Of a DNA stretch of 64,000 bases, positions 15,046-26,992 are shown in pieces; the first letter of the stretch is position 1, and every line of letters starts with the position of its first letter. Source of the stretch: Chrysomallon squamiferum. Its lineage: Eukaryota > Animalia > Mollusca. The notes under the pieces are model-generated. The model searched no databases, was not told the DNA's origin, and saw only the letters and a list, made by a program, of their open reading frames with translations. The position numbers and the translations under genes were made by a program. The stretch spans positions 8,432,001 to 8,496,000 of the forward strand of contig CM022679.1 of NCBI GenBank assembly GCA_012295275.1. Direction: 5' to 3'.

Positions 15046-15262
15046 GGCTGCCTGGGGTCACACTGCGCATGTCCGGCAAGACGGGACGATTAGAGGGGAT
15101 AACGAAAGGATCGAATATAGAAGAGTTGTTATCGAGTCGACGTGGCCGAAACAGTGGACGTCTGCAGACATTCTCCCAGCCCGCCAAACCCCGCAGCTGA
15201 CATGACGAGCTGAGAAAAGAAACACTGAGACTTCGCTTGAGTGTGTGCGTGATCCAGCATCG
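15046..15262 (+). other. Putative non-coding 5' exon shared by VAChT and ChAT transcripts
   Basis: Acceptor ttctttactgtttag ends at 15045, where AT-rich sequence changes abruptly to GC-rich. Consensus donor cg|GTGAGT at 15263, 257 nt before the VAChT ATG. Matches the known shared-exon layout of cholinergic loci. Confidence 0.6.
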
Positions 15263-15519
15263 GTGAGTGCAACGTCTGAACAATCAGAAGTCTACAGAAG
15301 CGTGCTGTGATATCGTTAACCACCGGAGGAAACACTTTGGTTTCAAGACGTTTTTTTTTTTTTTTGTTTTCATGTAAATGTGTCGTGAACGGGTCTGTGA
15401 TAATTGTAATTTCAAACGGGACTGTTTTAGTTTGGTCAGGCAGAGATATAAGTAACGGAGATAAGTTGTTGAAGACAGGGGACGAGTTTCGAGTTATTCT
15501 GTGGTAGACAATATTCACG

Positions 15520-17172
15520 ATGGGATTCGTTCCAGAAATTAACGAAAGAACTGCGGTTCTGTGGAATACGTTCAACAAAAAGATTCACGAGCCGAAATCT
15601 CAGCGGAAGCTTGTTTTAGTCACTGTGTGCATAGCGTTGCTACTGGACAACATGTTATACATGGTCATCGTTCCCATCATTCCCAACTACCTCCGCGAGT
15701 TGGGCGCTCATCACGTGGCACCCTACAACGCCAGCAACGGCACGTGGGTGTACTACACGACTCAGACCCCAGTGGGCAACGCGTCCAAGTACAACTGGAC
15801 AGAAAAGTATCCTGAGTCTCGTGGATTCATAATTCCTCTGCCCCCACCCCCCGTGTCGTACGGAAACGAAGGCGGGGCAGTGGGAGTGCTCTTCGCCTCC
15901 AAGGCGATCATCCAGCTGATGGTCAACCCGTTCACTGGCACGCTCATCGACAGGATCGGCTACGACATTCCCATGATGATTGGACTCATCATCATGTTCA
16001 TGTCGACGTCGGTGTTTGCGTTTGGGGAGAGTTACGCCGTGCTGTTTCTCGCCAGAAGTCTTCAGGGCCTCGGGTCCGCGTTCGCTGACGTCGCTGGACT
16101 GGCTATGATCGCGGATCGGTTCACGGAAGAAAACGAAAGGTCAAAAGCCCTGGGAATAGCCATCGCGTTCATTTCTTTCGGCTGCCTGTTTGCTCCGCCG
16201 TTCGGAGGAATTCTCTACCAGTTCGCCGGCAAGCTCGTTCCTTTCCTCATTCTCGCTCTGGCGTGTCTCATAGACGGAATACTGCTGCTGATGGTCATGA
16301 AGCCGGTCAGGCTGGAACGGTCGATGATTCCCAAAGAAGAGCGAGTGAAAGGAACTCCGATCTACCGCCTGCTCATGGACCCGTACATTCTCTGCACTGC
16401 TGTGGCTCTGGCCATGGCCAACGTGTCCCTGGCTTTCCTCGAGCCCACCATCTCGCTGTGGATGAAGGACACGATGGCGGCAGACGAGTGGGAAATCGGC
16501 TTCGTCTGGCTCCCGGCTTTCATCCCGCACATCACCGGCGTCTACCTGACCGTGAGACTGGCCCGCAACTACCCTTCCTACCAGTGGCTCATGGCCATGA
16601 TCGGCATCGCCATAGAAGGCGCTTTCTGTTTGATCTGCCCCTTCTCCAAGTCGTTCGGCGTCGTCATCATCCCCATCATGGGTATATGCTTCGGCATCGC
16701 CCTCGTGGACACCGCTCTCCTGCCTCTCCTAGGACATTTAGTTGACGTGAGACACGTGTCCGTGTACGGCAGCGTCTACGCCATAGCGGATATATCCTAC
16801 TCCGTGGCGTACGCTTTCGGGCCAATCGTGGCTGGTTCTATAGTGCAAGCCATCGGGTTCACCTGGCTCAACGTCTTGATATTTCTAAGCAATATTGGAT
16901 ACGCACCGTTTCTGTTCTTCCTGAGGAACATCTACAAGTACAAACCGTTCGAGGACGAGAGCGAAGTTGTGTACGACGACCCGCCCATCAAACAGTACAA
17001 CACGTACATGCAAAATGGCGGCATTAACGGGAAACTATGTCAAGTCGACGATTCGACGAAAAATCACCTGGAAACGAAACGGCCACAGAGTGGTGAATTA
17101 GACTGCTACCCTCCAACAGACAACAACCTGGATTTTCTATACAAGAATCAAAACTCCTTTTATCAAAACTGA
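15520..17172 (+). CDS. SLC18A3: Vesicular acetylcholine transporter (VAChT, SLC18 family MFS transporter), intronless, 550 aa
   Basis: GC-rich uninterrupted ORF with strong Kozak context (cacgATGG). VAChT-type motifs ALLLDNMLYMVIVPIIP, IDRIGYD, LAMIADRFTEENERSKALGIA, AFLEPTI and VSVYGSVYAIADISYSVAYAFGP. About 12 hydrophobic segments. The first lumenal loop has N-glycosylation sequons (NAS, NGT, NAS, NWT). Confidence 0.97.
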   Translation: MGFVPEINERTAVLWNTFNKKIHEPKSQRKLVLVTVCIALLLDNMLYMVIVPIIPNYLRELGAHHVAPYNASNGTWVYYTTQTPVGNASKYNWTEKYPESRGFIIPLPPPPVSYGNEGGAVGVLFASKAIIQLMVNPFTGTLIDRIGYDIPMMIGLIIMFMSTSVFAFGESYAVLFLARSLQGLGSAFADVAGLAMIADRFTEENERSKALGIAIAFISFGCLFAPPFGGILYQFAGKLVPFLILALACLIDGILLLMVMKPVRLERSMIPKEERVKGTPIYRLLMDPYILCTAVALAMANVSLAFLEPTISLWMKDTMAADEWEIGFVWLPAFIPHITGVYLTVRLARNYPSYQWLMAMIGIAIEGAFCLICPFSKSFGVVIIPIMGICFGIALVDTALLPLLGHLVDVRHVSVYGSVYAIADISYSVAYAFGPIVAGSIVQAIGFTWLNVLIFLSNIGYAPFLFFLRNIYKYKPFEDESEVVYDDPPIKQYNTYMQNGGINGKLCQVDDSTKNHLETKRPQSGELDCYPPTDNNLDFLYKNQNSFYQN

Positions 17173-17550
17173 TGTGTTGTGATCGACTATTTTTGGTAGA
17201 CCCAGGAATCTGCAGAAAAAAAATTGCATTTTTGTTTTTGTTTTTTTGTTACCAATGACTCAGTTTTAAGTACTTTTTACCTGTCTTGTGTTTGAGAACA
17301 AAGAAGAACGTTTGATGACTCTAACTGTCTGTTCTGGGAAAGTACCGGGTCAGTGTTATGAACTGTGTGACAATTTGTAATGATGAAATGCCAAGGATTT
17401 TCAATAGAAAACTTTTATCATTTTGTTTCTCAAGTTTTCGTTATTTATAAAGTAAAAATTAGAAATGCACAAAGATATGTACTGTTTATGTAAGACAGTT
17501 CTTGTTAAACAATGAAGCAAAAAAACAATTTAATATATATACCTAACCAG

Positions 17551-17607
<57 letters not shown>

Positions 17608-18655
17608 TATATACTTATATAGATACCTACCTACCTGTCTAATCACACACACACATACGCACACAAATCCGCACGCACAGACACAAAGGCATACTCACAC
17701 ATACACAGACAGATACACACAGACACAATCACACACTAAGACATCCACACGCACAAGCAAGAGATAGCCAATCTAATCGTAATCTACTACGATGTTGCTT
17801 GACTCAATTTGACCATTAAAATTTATAAACAAAAAAAAATGAACACCAACGATGCTGCAACCAAAAATCAAAAACTGTAGCCATATTGAAATAAATATAT
17901 GTACATATTTTTCAGTGGTAAGTCTATTATTTACACAGTGGATTAGGAAGAATATTGCCGGTGTTTACAATATCCACTAATTATATTATCTTTTGTTACT
18001 TGGTAAACTATCATTATTATTGTTACATCATCATCATTATTATGACGTCAGACATTATGACGTAAAATCTAAAAACAAAGATGATAATAGGTAAGTCAGT
18101 AGTTTACTAAGTATGTAGATAATACGGAATTTATTTGCATCTAACATATCGAATTGTGTTACATATTACTCATTATGATATTTACGTTATTAAAAATTGT
18201 AAATAATATATCGCTATTGATTATAAAATGTTGCGAGTTTCAAAAATATATATATACAATAACAAAACCAATATTACTGTTATTATTTCGCTATTTAATC
18301 CTTAAATTTATTTAACAGATAAATTATATATTTAGAAAAAAAAAAGAAAGAAAGAAAGAAAAAAGGTTGTCTATCCCTTCGCTGACGTTAGAAAATGACA
18401 CCAAACAGAGGATTATGACAAATCTGACCTCTTGGTTAGTATCATATCAAGATAACTCAAACTATTATGGAATTTTATTATTTGTGATATGCATAGATAA
18501 TATAGATAGATTTTGTAAAACAGTGGGTTTTTTCAGTACTGTATCTTTACTGTTGAAAAAATACAAAAAATAAAATGACAAACTGAATAGGGTGTGTGGA
18601 GGCTGACATTTTTAGCTTTTTGTCAAGACGTTATTTCAAACCTGAAAATTAATAA

Positions 18656-18694
<39 letters not shown>

Positions 18695-18847
18695 CAACCG
18701 ATTACTCCTGCTACTACTATTACTACTACTACTACTAATGCTGCTGCTGCTGCTGCTGCTGCTACTACTACTACAACTACTACCACCACCACCACCACCA
18801 CCTCTGCTACTAATAATACTAATACTAATTTAGTTACCATACTTGAG

Positions 18848-18891
<44 letters not shown>

Positions 18892-19320
18892 CATTATTAA
18901 AATAAGGAAAAATCCCCATTAATATTCAAAGTAAATCATGTTGCAAAGATACCGCATTCGCAATCTTTTAAAATACTTTTCTAAGCACGTAATGACGTCA
19001 CAATAAAAAAAAGAGGAGAAAATGCCATCTTCCATGTATCCTAATAAAATTGTTATCAGCAAAAATTCAATACGAGGACAAATAAAACCATCTCTTCTGA
19101 GTACACAGCATACTTATAAAACATCTAACTAATTTGTCTGTCTCAGCAGAAATAAACTTTTTTCATTACCGTATTCTCTCTTAAAAGCTATGAAATAATT
19201 ATTTAGATTTTGCACAGTTATTTAATATTTGTATTCGGTGGTACTGCTGTGAAATTTTGTACACGTTTGTTTTTAGTTACAAATAATTCTATTAGCTGCT
19301 AAAACCTTTTGTCTGTTCTT
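17173..19320 (+). other. Probable VAChT 3' UTR and polyadenylation region
   Basis: Follows the stop codon. AATAAA at 17890 and a cluster at 19002, 19043, 19081 and 19151, followed by T/GT-rich sequence at about 19260-19350. The true 3' end cannot be fixed from sequence. Confidence 0.4.
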
Positions 19321-19909
19321 TATTTTCATTTTTTGCCCTTTTTTTTTTTTAAAATTGTTTTGAACGAGTATAACCATTTTGTTTGAAACCATTTTGACTG
19401 GCGAACCGTAATCTGCAATATCTTTTGATAAAACGAAAAAGCAGTGTCATTACTACTATAACCACTACTAACTCTACTTCTTCTTCTACTTCTTCTTCTT
19501 CTACTACTGCTACTACTACTATTACTACTATCTTCTACTGTTGTCGCTGCTGCTGTTACTACTACTCAAGCACTTCAACTACTATCACTATTGTTGCTGT
19601 GCTACATGTTACTTTTGCTACAACCCCCTATCAGTACTACTAGTAATACCATTACTACTGCTACTACTACTGCTGCTGCTACTGCTACTACTACTACTAC
19701 TACTACTAATATTGCTGCTGTCTACCTGTTACTATTGCTATTGCTACTTTACTAGTACCTGCTTCTACTATCTACTAACTGTATCTACTATTACTACTGC
19801 TTATATCACTACTTCTAGTGTAATTATTGCTACTTTTGCCACTACTTCCACTGCTGCTGCTAGTTGCTACTATCACCACTACAGCTACTGCAACTACTAC
19901 TACTACTTC

Positions 19910-19953
<44 letters not shown>

Positions 19954-20291
19954 GTAACATTATTCTATATTTTATCTCGTTGTGTAGTAAAATTTTTAAA
20001 GTTAATTCATACGAGATTCTTGGGCTGGTGCGAATACTGATGACTCTACTACTTATATTTGCCAACGAAAGGATTCGTCAAGAAAATTTATTTTCACTTC
20101 TCATTTGGTAAAATTGATGTCCTGGTTCTAGAATATCTTTTAAGTAAGAGCCGCTGTACTCACAAAGTCACTTTTATACATGTATTGTTATACTGCCGCT
20201 AACACTTCTACAAGATTTTGAAAATAAAGACATTTCAAAGTCTGAATACAAAAAGTAAAAATGAAATTGTAAAGAATGGAACTAAGCCTCT

Positions 20292-20322
<31 letters not shown>

Positions 20323-20339
20323 TAATAATAATAATAGGA

Positions 20340-20705
20340 ATAATAAAATTAACAATCAAAGAAACAAATAAATAAATAAAATAATCAAACAAATAAATAA
20401 ATAAAATAAACAAAGAAACACATAAATAAATAAAATAACCAAACAAAGAAACAAATAAATAAATAAATAAAAGAAACAAAGAAACCAATAAATAAATAAA
20501 ATAACCAAAGAAACAAATAAATAAATAAATAAATAAAAGAAACAAAGAAACCAATAAATAAATAAAATAACCAAACAAACCAATAAATAAATAAATAAAT
20601 AAATAAATAATAATAACAAAAAATAAATAAATAAATAAATAAAATAAAATAAAAGAAATTAAAATAAAATAATAAATGAAACAAACAAACAAACAAACAA
20701 ACAAA
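20340..20705. repeat. Compound (AAAT)/(AAAC) tract with higher-order repetition
   Basis: Repeated aaagaaacaaataaataaataaaataacc blocks. Confidence 0.85.
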
Positions 20706-20739
20706 AAAGCCGAGAAATAATAGAATTAAACTGAATACT

Positions 20740-20962
20740 TAAATAACAACCCCTCAACTCATTTCAACATCACTGCTTGTCAATATAACTCATAGATTAC
20801 TGAGCTGACAAGAGAGAGGAAACCAGCTGATGCCTCTGCGGGGCCTACTCTTCCCAATTAGCAGCAAGAAAACTATATTATACACCTTCTCATTTACAGT
20901 AAAAGAAATATCATAGCTTTTGATGAACCACTCGTAGGGCTGAAGGCTGGAACGTGAAAAAA
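20740..20962 (-). mobile_element. Degenerate tRNA-derived SINE fragment (Nin-domain-like gastropod SINE)
   Basis: agagaggaaaccagctg..ctactcttcccaattagcagcaag..ccactcgtagggc..ggctggaacgtgaaa resembles the antisense strand of an abundant gastropod SINE. Recognised from memory, not searched. Confidence 0.55.
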
Positions 20963-21188
20963 CAAAAATCGTGCCAAGGAAAAGTGTTTATGATGCATGA
21001 GTGGACAGCAGCAGAAAAAATATACGAAGCTTGACAATGTTCTTTTTCTTTAGCTTAAAGACGACAATCAACAGAGCGAATCTAGGGATGGATGTTGGCG
21101 ATTTTTTTTTTTCGTTTTTAAAATTTTCTTTATAACGAAAATCATTCATGTAGAATAACGAGATCGCCTCTCCAATTTGTAGTTGTTG

Positions 21189-21223
<35 letters not shown>

Positions 21224-22019
21224 GTTTTATTTTTATTTATTTATTTATTTATTTTTTTTTTTTTTTTTGTAAGGGAAATCAGTTCATCAAAAAAGTTATA
21301 TTCGCCAGAAAAAAGAAATTTCTTCTCCTTTTTGCTTCCCTCGGAAATTCGTAATTTTCTCCTTGATAATTCTGTTTTGTGAAAGAATATCAGCAGTTAA
21401 TAATAATAATAAAAAAAAACAACAACAAAAAAAACACAATAGTTTTTCCTTTTAACCCCATTTCTGTATTTCTTTACTTGCCGTAAATAACAATGATTAA
21501 CTAGTGACCTTTCACAGTTGACGTATTACGATATCAATTAACTATTAACAGTTGTTTCACTAATGAAACTGATAGCTGTAATATATCACATTTCAAGGTT
21601 GTCTGTGTCTGTTTTGTTACTCAGATTTTTAAAAACTGTTTGCTTTCTTTTGATTTCTTCTTTATTATTATTATTAAAAAAAATGTATTATTATTTTTTT
21701 ATTTTCATACACACCTGCTTTCAATTACAAGAAAAGTCCTAAGATATAACACTTTATTATTAGATTTTAATTATTAAAAAAAAAAAAAAAAATTAAAAAT
21801 TAATTTAAAAAAAAAAAACATTCAGAACAACATATATAGTAATATTTTGTCGTTCATATCTTTTTCTTCTCCCTCGTTCTTTGACCAACTCATAAAATTC
21901 GAACGTATTAAAAAAAAAAAAAAAAACCACTAGGTCTGTCCTACTGTGACATTGATTTTAAACTTTACAACAAATGCTACCCAACATTGTGGACAGTCAC
22001 GTTTTTTTTTTTTTCACAG

Positions 22020-22070
22020 CAGTAAAGTCCGAACAGTCGAAGCTTTACAGCATAAGTGCAGACACAAGAG
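22020..22070 (+). other. Candidate 51-nt non-coding exon (ChAT 5' UTR) downstream of VAChT
   Basis: Strong acceptor (T)13cacag|cag (NAGNAG) at 22019 and strong donor gag|GTAAGC at 22071. No ATG inside. Confidence 0.45.
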
Positions 22071-23240
22071 GTAAGCGTTTGTGTTTTCATCATACGCATG
22101 TTTGTTACAGTAGAAGCCTGTTTTTTTGCATGTACCGTAAAACCTGTGAAAAAACAACAAACAACTGTTACAGCCTTTTCATCGACAGGTTTTTTTCAGA
22201 ATCTCTAGATCGCCGCATGGATTCACTCCTGTGTTGTTGTTTTTTAAAGAAATACGTTTTCATAGAAAAAGAAAATATTTGTTTAAACTCCAGAGTCGTC
22301 AACATTTTAAGTCGATCAATCCCTTCTATTGAAATCTTCAGCTTATTAACGACACTTCCCAGTTCTTCTGGTTTAGAAGAAAAAAAAAAATATATATAAG
22401 AAAGAAGGCAAAACTGCATAATGCAAATATGTAGTGAAAAAAGGAACACATTGAAGTTAAAATTTCCCTTTTTGCTGACTGTTTGACAATTTAAATGGCA
22501 GAGACGTTGGTTCAAAAGAGCGCTAACATCTGATTTCGAACTGCATCCGTTTTGCTTGTAACTCCTGAAATTCTTCTGCATTCTGCAGTGTGTTCCTCTG
22601 CTTTGTTTAATCCAAATTCCAGTGGCTAAAACGTAGATTCATCCACATATCAAGAAACAAACGCAAACGAAAATACCTTCACCACTGTATAAAAAACGTT
22701 TCGGATACTTAATAATAATAATAATAATAATAATATAGATTTTTTTGTTCTATCTTCTGAGATGGCTTGTGATACTGGAGGGAACGACGTTGACATCGTT
22801 CAAGATCCCATGTTTAAAACCTGTGACAGAAATATGCAGTTATGTGGTATAGTTCTCCACAATTCACATACATTAACAACGGTCTGCTACACATGTGTAA
22901 TTGCCTGATAATGTCTCACTGAAATATGTAACATATTTGTTACTCATGTCAGGAAATGCATTGGCCATTATTTAATGTTGCTGCAGCTATTATTACCACC
23001 GGTGCGAATGTTGCTACTACTACTACTGTGACTTCTACTTCTACTACTACTATTGATACTGCTGCTGCTGCTGCTACTTCTACTACTTTTGCTGCTACTA
23101 CTACTATTACTATTACTATTGCTAATACAAGTGTTATTACGACAAGTTCAACTAATAATATTGTTACCACTAATACATAACAATTACTATCATCATCATC
23201 GTCATCATCATCATCATTATCATTATCATTATCATCATCA

Positions 23241-23286
<46 letters not shown>

Positions 23287-23795
23287 TACTATAAAGACTC
23301 CAATCTTTATTATGTAACCTGCATTTTCTGGTTAATTTCACTACATATTTAACCAGTGCAAAAAAACTCTGTATTCACTCAAGATAACACGTTAGCATGT
23401 TAACTTGTTAACGTACGTTATTAACCTTATTCGGAGCATAACTAAGCGAAAATATGGTTACATTACATCAAAGGCAGAGCACATTAATCACATTGTCATA
23501 TCCTTTTGGGAAGAATTATTTATTCTGTAACACAATTGAATCTTTTGAACCAGCCATTAATTATACATTTCTCTAGCACTTAATAGCTATCTAAAGAAAA
23601 CACTGATGTGATGTTATTTGCTTACATTCGAATGTGGAATGTCGTATGTTTTACACAAAACAGTGTCAGTGAGTAAAAAGAATCACAATAATTTAATATT
23701 TTCTAGCATATTTCCTAGCATATTTTTCCTTAAAAGTCAACCGTAAAAAAAACCCCACAACTATTGTTCCTATCACTAACTCTACTATCACTATA

Positions 23796-23845
<50 letters not shown>

Positions 23846-23981
23846 CTCTCGTACTATCGCCGTCACCACTATTACTACCACCGCTCCTGCTATTTAAAAC
23901 ATAAAACAAAAACGTGCGAAAAAAAACTACTTTCACTGTCGCTACTAGAACTACAACTACTACCACTACCTCTACTACTAT

Positions 23982-24018
<37 letters not shown>

Positions 24019-24254
24019 GTCGCTCCTGCTATTTAAAAACAAAAACAAAAACGTGTGAAAACAAACGTGACTCTGCTACAGCCACCAACTGAGCTAATAA
24101 TCAACGCGAGCCAAACGTAACCTTTAATATTCTAACGCCGTTCTGTTGGCAAAAGTCACTGCATGCAGCCGCTAACAGAGAAAACTGCATTTTCTTATAT
24201 TCTAATTGCACTCGCGAGGAAATGACGGAGGCGTAGGTGATTGCTGCCAATTAG

Positions 24255-24375
24255 TCCTTTTACAGGTCCTGTGAGGCGCGCGTAGCAATTCTGAAAACTG
24301 CACAAAACACAATACGAGATATCTGTCGGGTGTTACTCGTATTCAGTTTGCGTATTGTAATTACTTCTATTACTT

Positions 24376-24412
<37 letters not shown>

Positions 24413-24560
24413 TACTACTACTACTACTACTACTATTAATCCTTTTACAGGTCCTGCTTAGCAATTCTGAAAACTGCACAAAACACAAAACGAGATCTCT
24501 GTCGGGTGTTACTTGTACTCAGTTTGCGTAATGTAATTACTTCTATTACTTCTATTACTT
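24255..24560. repeat. Direct duplication of about 120 bp, copies separated by (ACT)n
   Basis: tccttttacaggtcctg..tagcaattctgaaaactgcacaaaacacaa..tctgtcgggtgttact..tcagtttgcgta at 24255 and 24440. Confidence 0.9.
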
Positions 24561-24596
<36 letters not shown>

Positions 24597-24719
24597 TTAT
24601 TGTTATTGTTATTATTATTATTATTATTACTACTACAGCATATCTGCTACTACGATAACTACAATTACTTTTATCATTGCTACAACTACTATCTCTATCA
24701 CTAATGTTACCACCATTGC

Positions 24720-24750
<31 letters not shown>

Positions 24751-25406
24751 GGACATTAATTGTAATAAAATATTTGTTACGTAAACTTATATTAAAAAAA
24801 TTAAAAAATTGACTTATTTATTTATTTATATATTTTTTATTGTTTATTCGGTTTTAATTTCGTTAGTTTGTGAACCAAATAATTCATTAATTTTGTAAGA
24901 AATACAAGATTTGTGTTGCAAAACCTTTAACATATTTATCTAATATCTCGACACAATGTGAATCAGCTTTAACTATGATTTCACAGTCGAAATTATCAAA
25001 TATGAAATGAGGAACCTGCTGTAGAGAATTTTCTTTGTCAACTTTTATTGATTGTAACTAATTTGTTTTGTAGTGTGTTTCCAAAACATATGTCCACTGG
25101 CACAAAGTTTTGATTTTCAGAGCATTCTGTGTGTTCTATACAAGACAGAAAAACAGCTACACAAATAGTCAATAGGCATTTCCCTGCAAACTATTAATTA
25201 CATAGTGTTTGATATACCTTTTGTAAACCACTGTGTTTTTAAGTATAACTGCCTACTAATATCTCAGTGAAATATTTAACGTATTTGTTCCTGATGTTAA
25301 AAAATACACTGGTCTTTATTTCATATTGCTGCTATTGCTAATACTACCATCGGTACTACTACTGTTATTGTTACTACTACTACTACTACTACTATTATTA
25401 CTACTA

Positions 25407-25438
<32 letters not shown>

Positions 25439-26013
25439 ACTACAAAAACTATTGCAACTTTTTATAAATTGAAAATTACATTTATCTCGTTAAATCTTGT
25501 ATACAAATTATTTTTTTATCATTTACTTTAGTCAATTTCTGAAAACTAATTCAACTTTCAGCTTCTGTGATAAAAAAGATTACAGAACGAAACAGTTGTT
25601 ATCTCTGTTGTTCCGTTATTCGTCTTCATCGATATGCAACCGTTTCGATAAAAAAAACATAATTAGAATTTGATTTTAATTTATCTTTATTTGTTAATAA
25701 TGTACGCTTTTCTTGTCTTGCAACACTACTGAAGCATTTATTTAACGATGGTAAAAAAAAAAAAAAAAAACTCAATAAGAATTAGCGAGAGAAAGAGAAA
25801 AATCAAATTTATCTGTTTTGGAAAAAACCCCAAACCAATTCTCTCTCTTCTGTGTAAAGATTACCACTAATTTAGATCATTTAACGAATATTTATGTCGT
25901 CTGTAACACAGATACTGTCAATACATTTTTAAAAATCACTTTAATGAAGTAATTGAAAAAAAAAAAAAAATTTCATTTGACATTTATTATTTATTTACGA
26001 TGCGAAAACAATA

Positions 26014-26179
26014 TAGGAAAAAGATTCCCTGTTCGAAATTTTAGTTACCAGAAGCATTTCGGATATCGTATTTTCATGGATTTTGGAATATAATGAGATC
26101 AGTATCTTAGTCTAAACACGAAATCCTTTTAAATTTCACATGCATATTTCTTGATTTCAGATAAGGGATCGTTAACCTT
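26014..26179 (-). mobile_element. Second, shorter Tigger-type MITE remnant in opposite orientation
   Basis: TA flanks. Ends tagg..attccctgttcgaaat and atttcagataagggatcgttaacctt. Interior ttttggaatataatgagat..tctaaacacgaaat is the reverse-complement counterpart of 42665-42725. Confidence 0.6.
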
Positions 26180-26760
26180 TATTAATAATTTGTAACAGGG
26201 TGACTATAATTGCAGTTCAAAGTGTTGAAAACACACACATGAAAACAAAACTACAAGAATTTATAAAATTTTATAATCAACACAAAAAAAAAAAAAGAGG
26301 GGGAAAAAAAAAAAAAGACGTATATCAGGTTATTAGTACCGTAGCCAAAGTCTGACAGGGAGATGAGACTTGTGGGAAATCTCTCTGAAAAGAAGGTCAA
26401 ACGACCTCGCATAGAATACGCGGCTTTTTGTTTTTCGCGCAGGAACATCCGTCATTAAAGTCAAAGTCACTCGCGGTATTTAAATGAGCAGCTGATTAAT
26501 TAATTCCTCCACTGGTTCCCAAGCACTAACGTTTTTGCCAGTGTTCTCGAATCCAGTTCTGTTAAACTGAGTCAGTGCTAGAACCGTCACTGTACTCGGA
26601 AAGTCTTGTCACGCAGGGTCTAAAGATACACGTGTGTTTTGACGTTCTGGTCTTTTTGGAACTGTCGTGTTTGTTTTTGCGTCATTGCTGTTTTGAGCCC
26701 ATTACTTTTTAAACAATGTTTGATGAAGACATTTAGTTTTACGAAGAGTGAAAAAAATAA

Positions 26761-26803
<43 letters not shown>

Positions 26804-26819
26804 GTAATAAAATGAAATT

Positions 26820-26992
26820 TTTACAGATAATAAAATGACGTTCAGAGCTTTTTACTAATAGTGAAATTAGGTTTAGAGTTTTACAACGAGTAAAATAACG
26901 TCATAAGTTTTACAAACAGTGAAATGACGTTCAGAGTTTTACAAAGAGTGAAATGACGTTCAGAGTTTTACAAATAGTGAAATGACGTTCAA
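26820..26992. repeat. 29-bp minisatellite
   Basis: Unit agagttttacaaa.agtgaaatgacgttc, with period 29 at 26921, 26950 and 26979. Confidence 0.85.

Noticed and set aside
15561-16745. Overlapping and antisense ORFs inside VAChT
   Set aside because: Shadow frames expected from GC-rich codon usage, with no recognisable protein.
15263-22020. Nematode-style complementary elements flanking VAChT
   Set aside because: Only 7-9 nt matches were seen, which is chance level. A computational search is needed.
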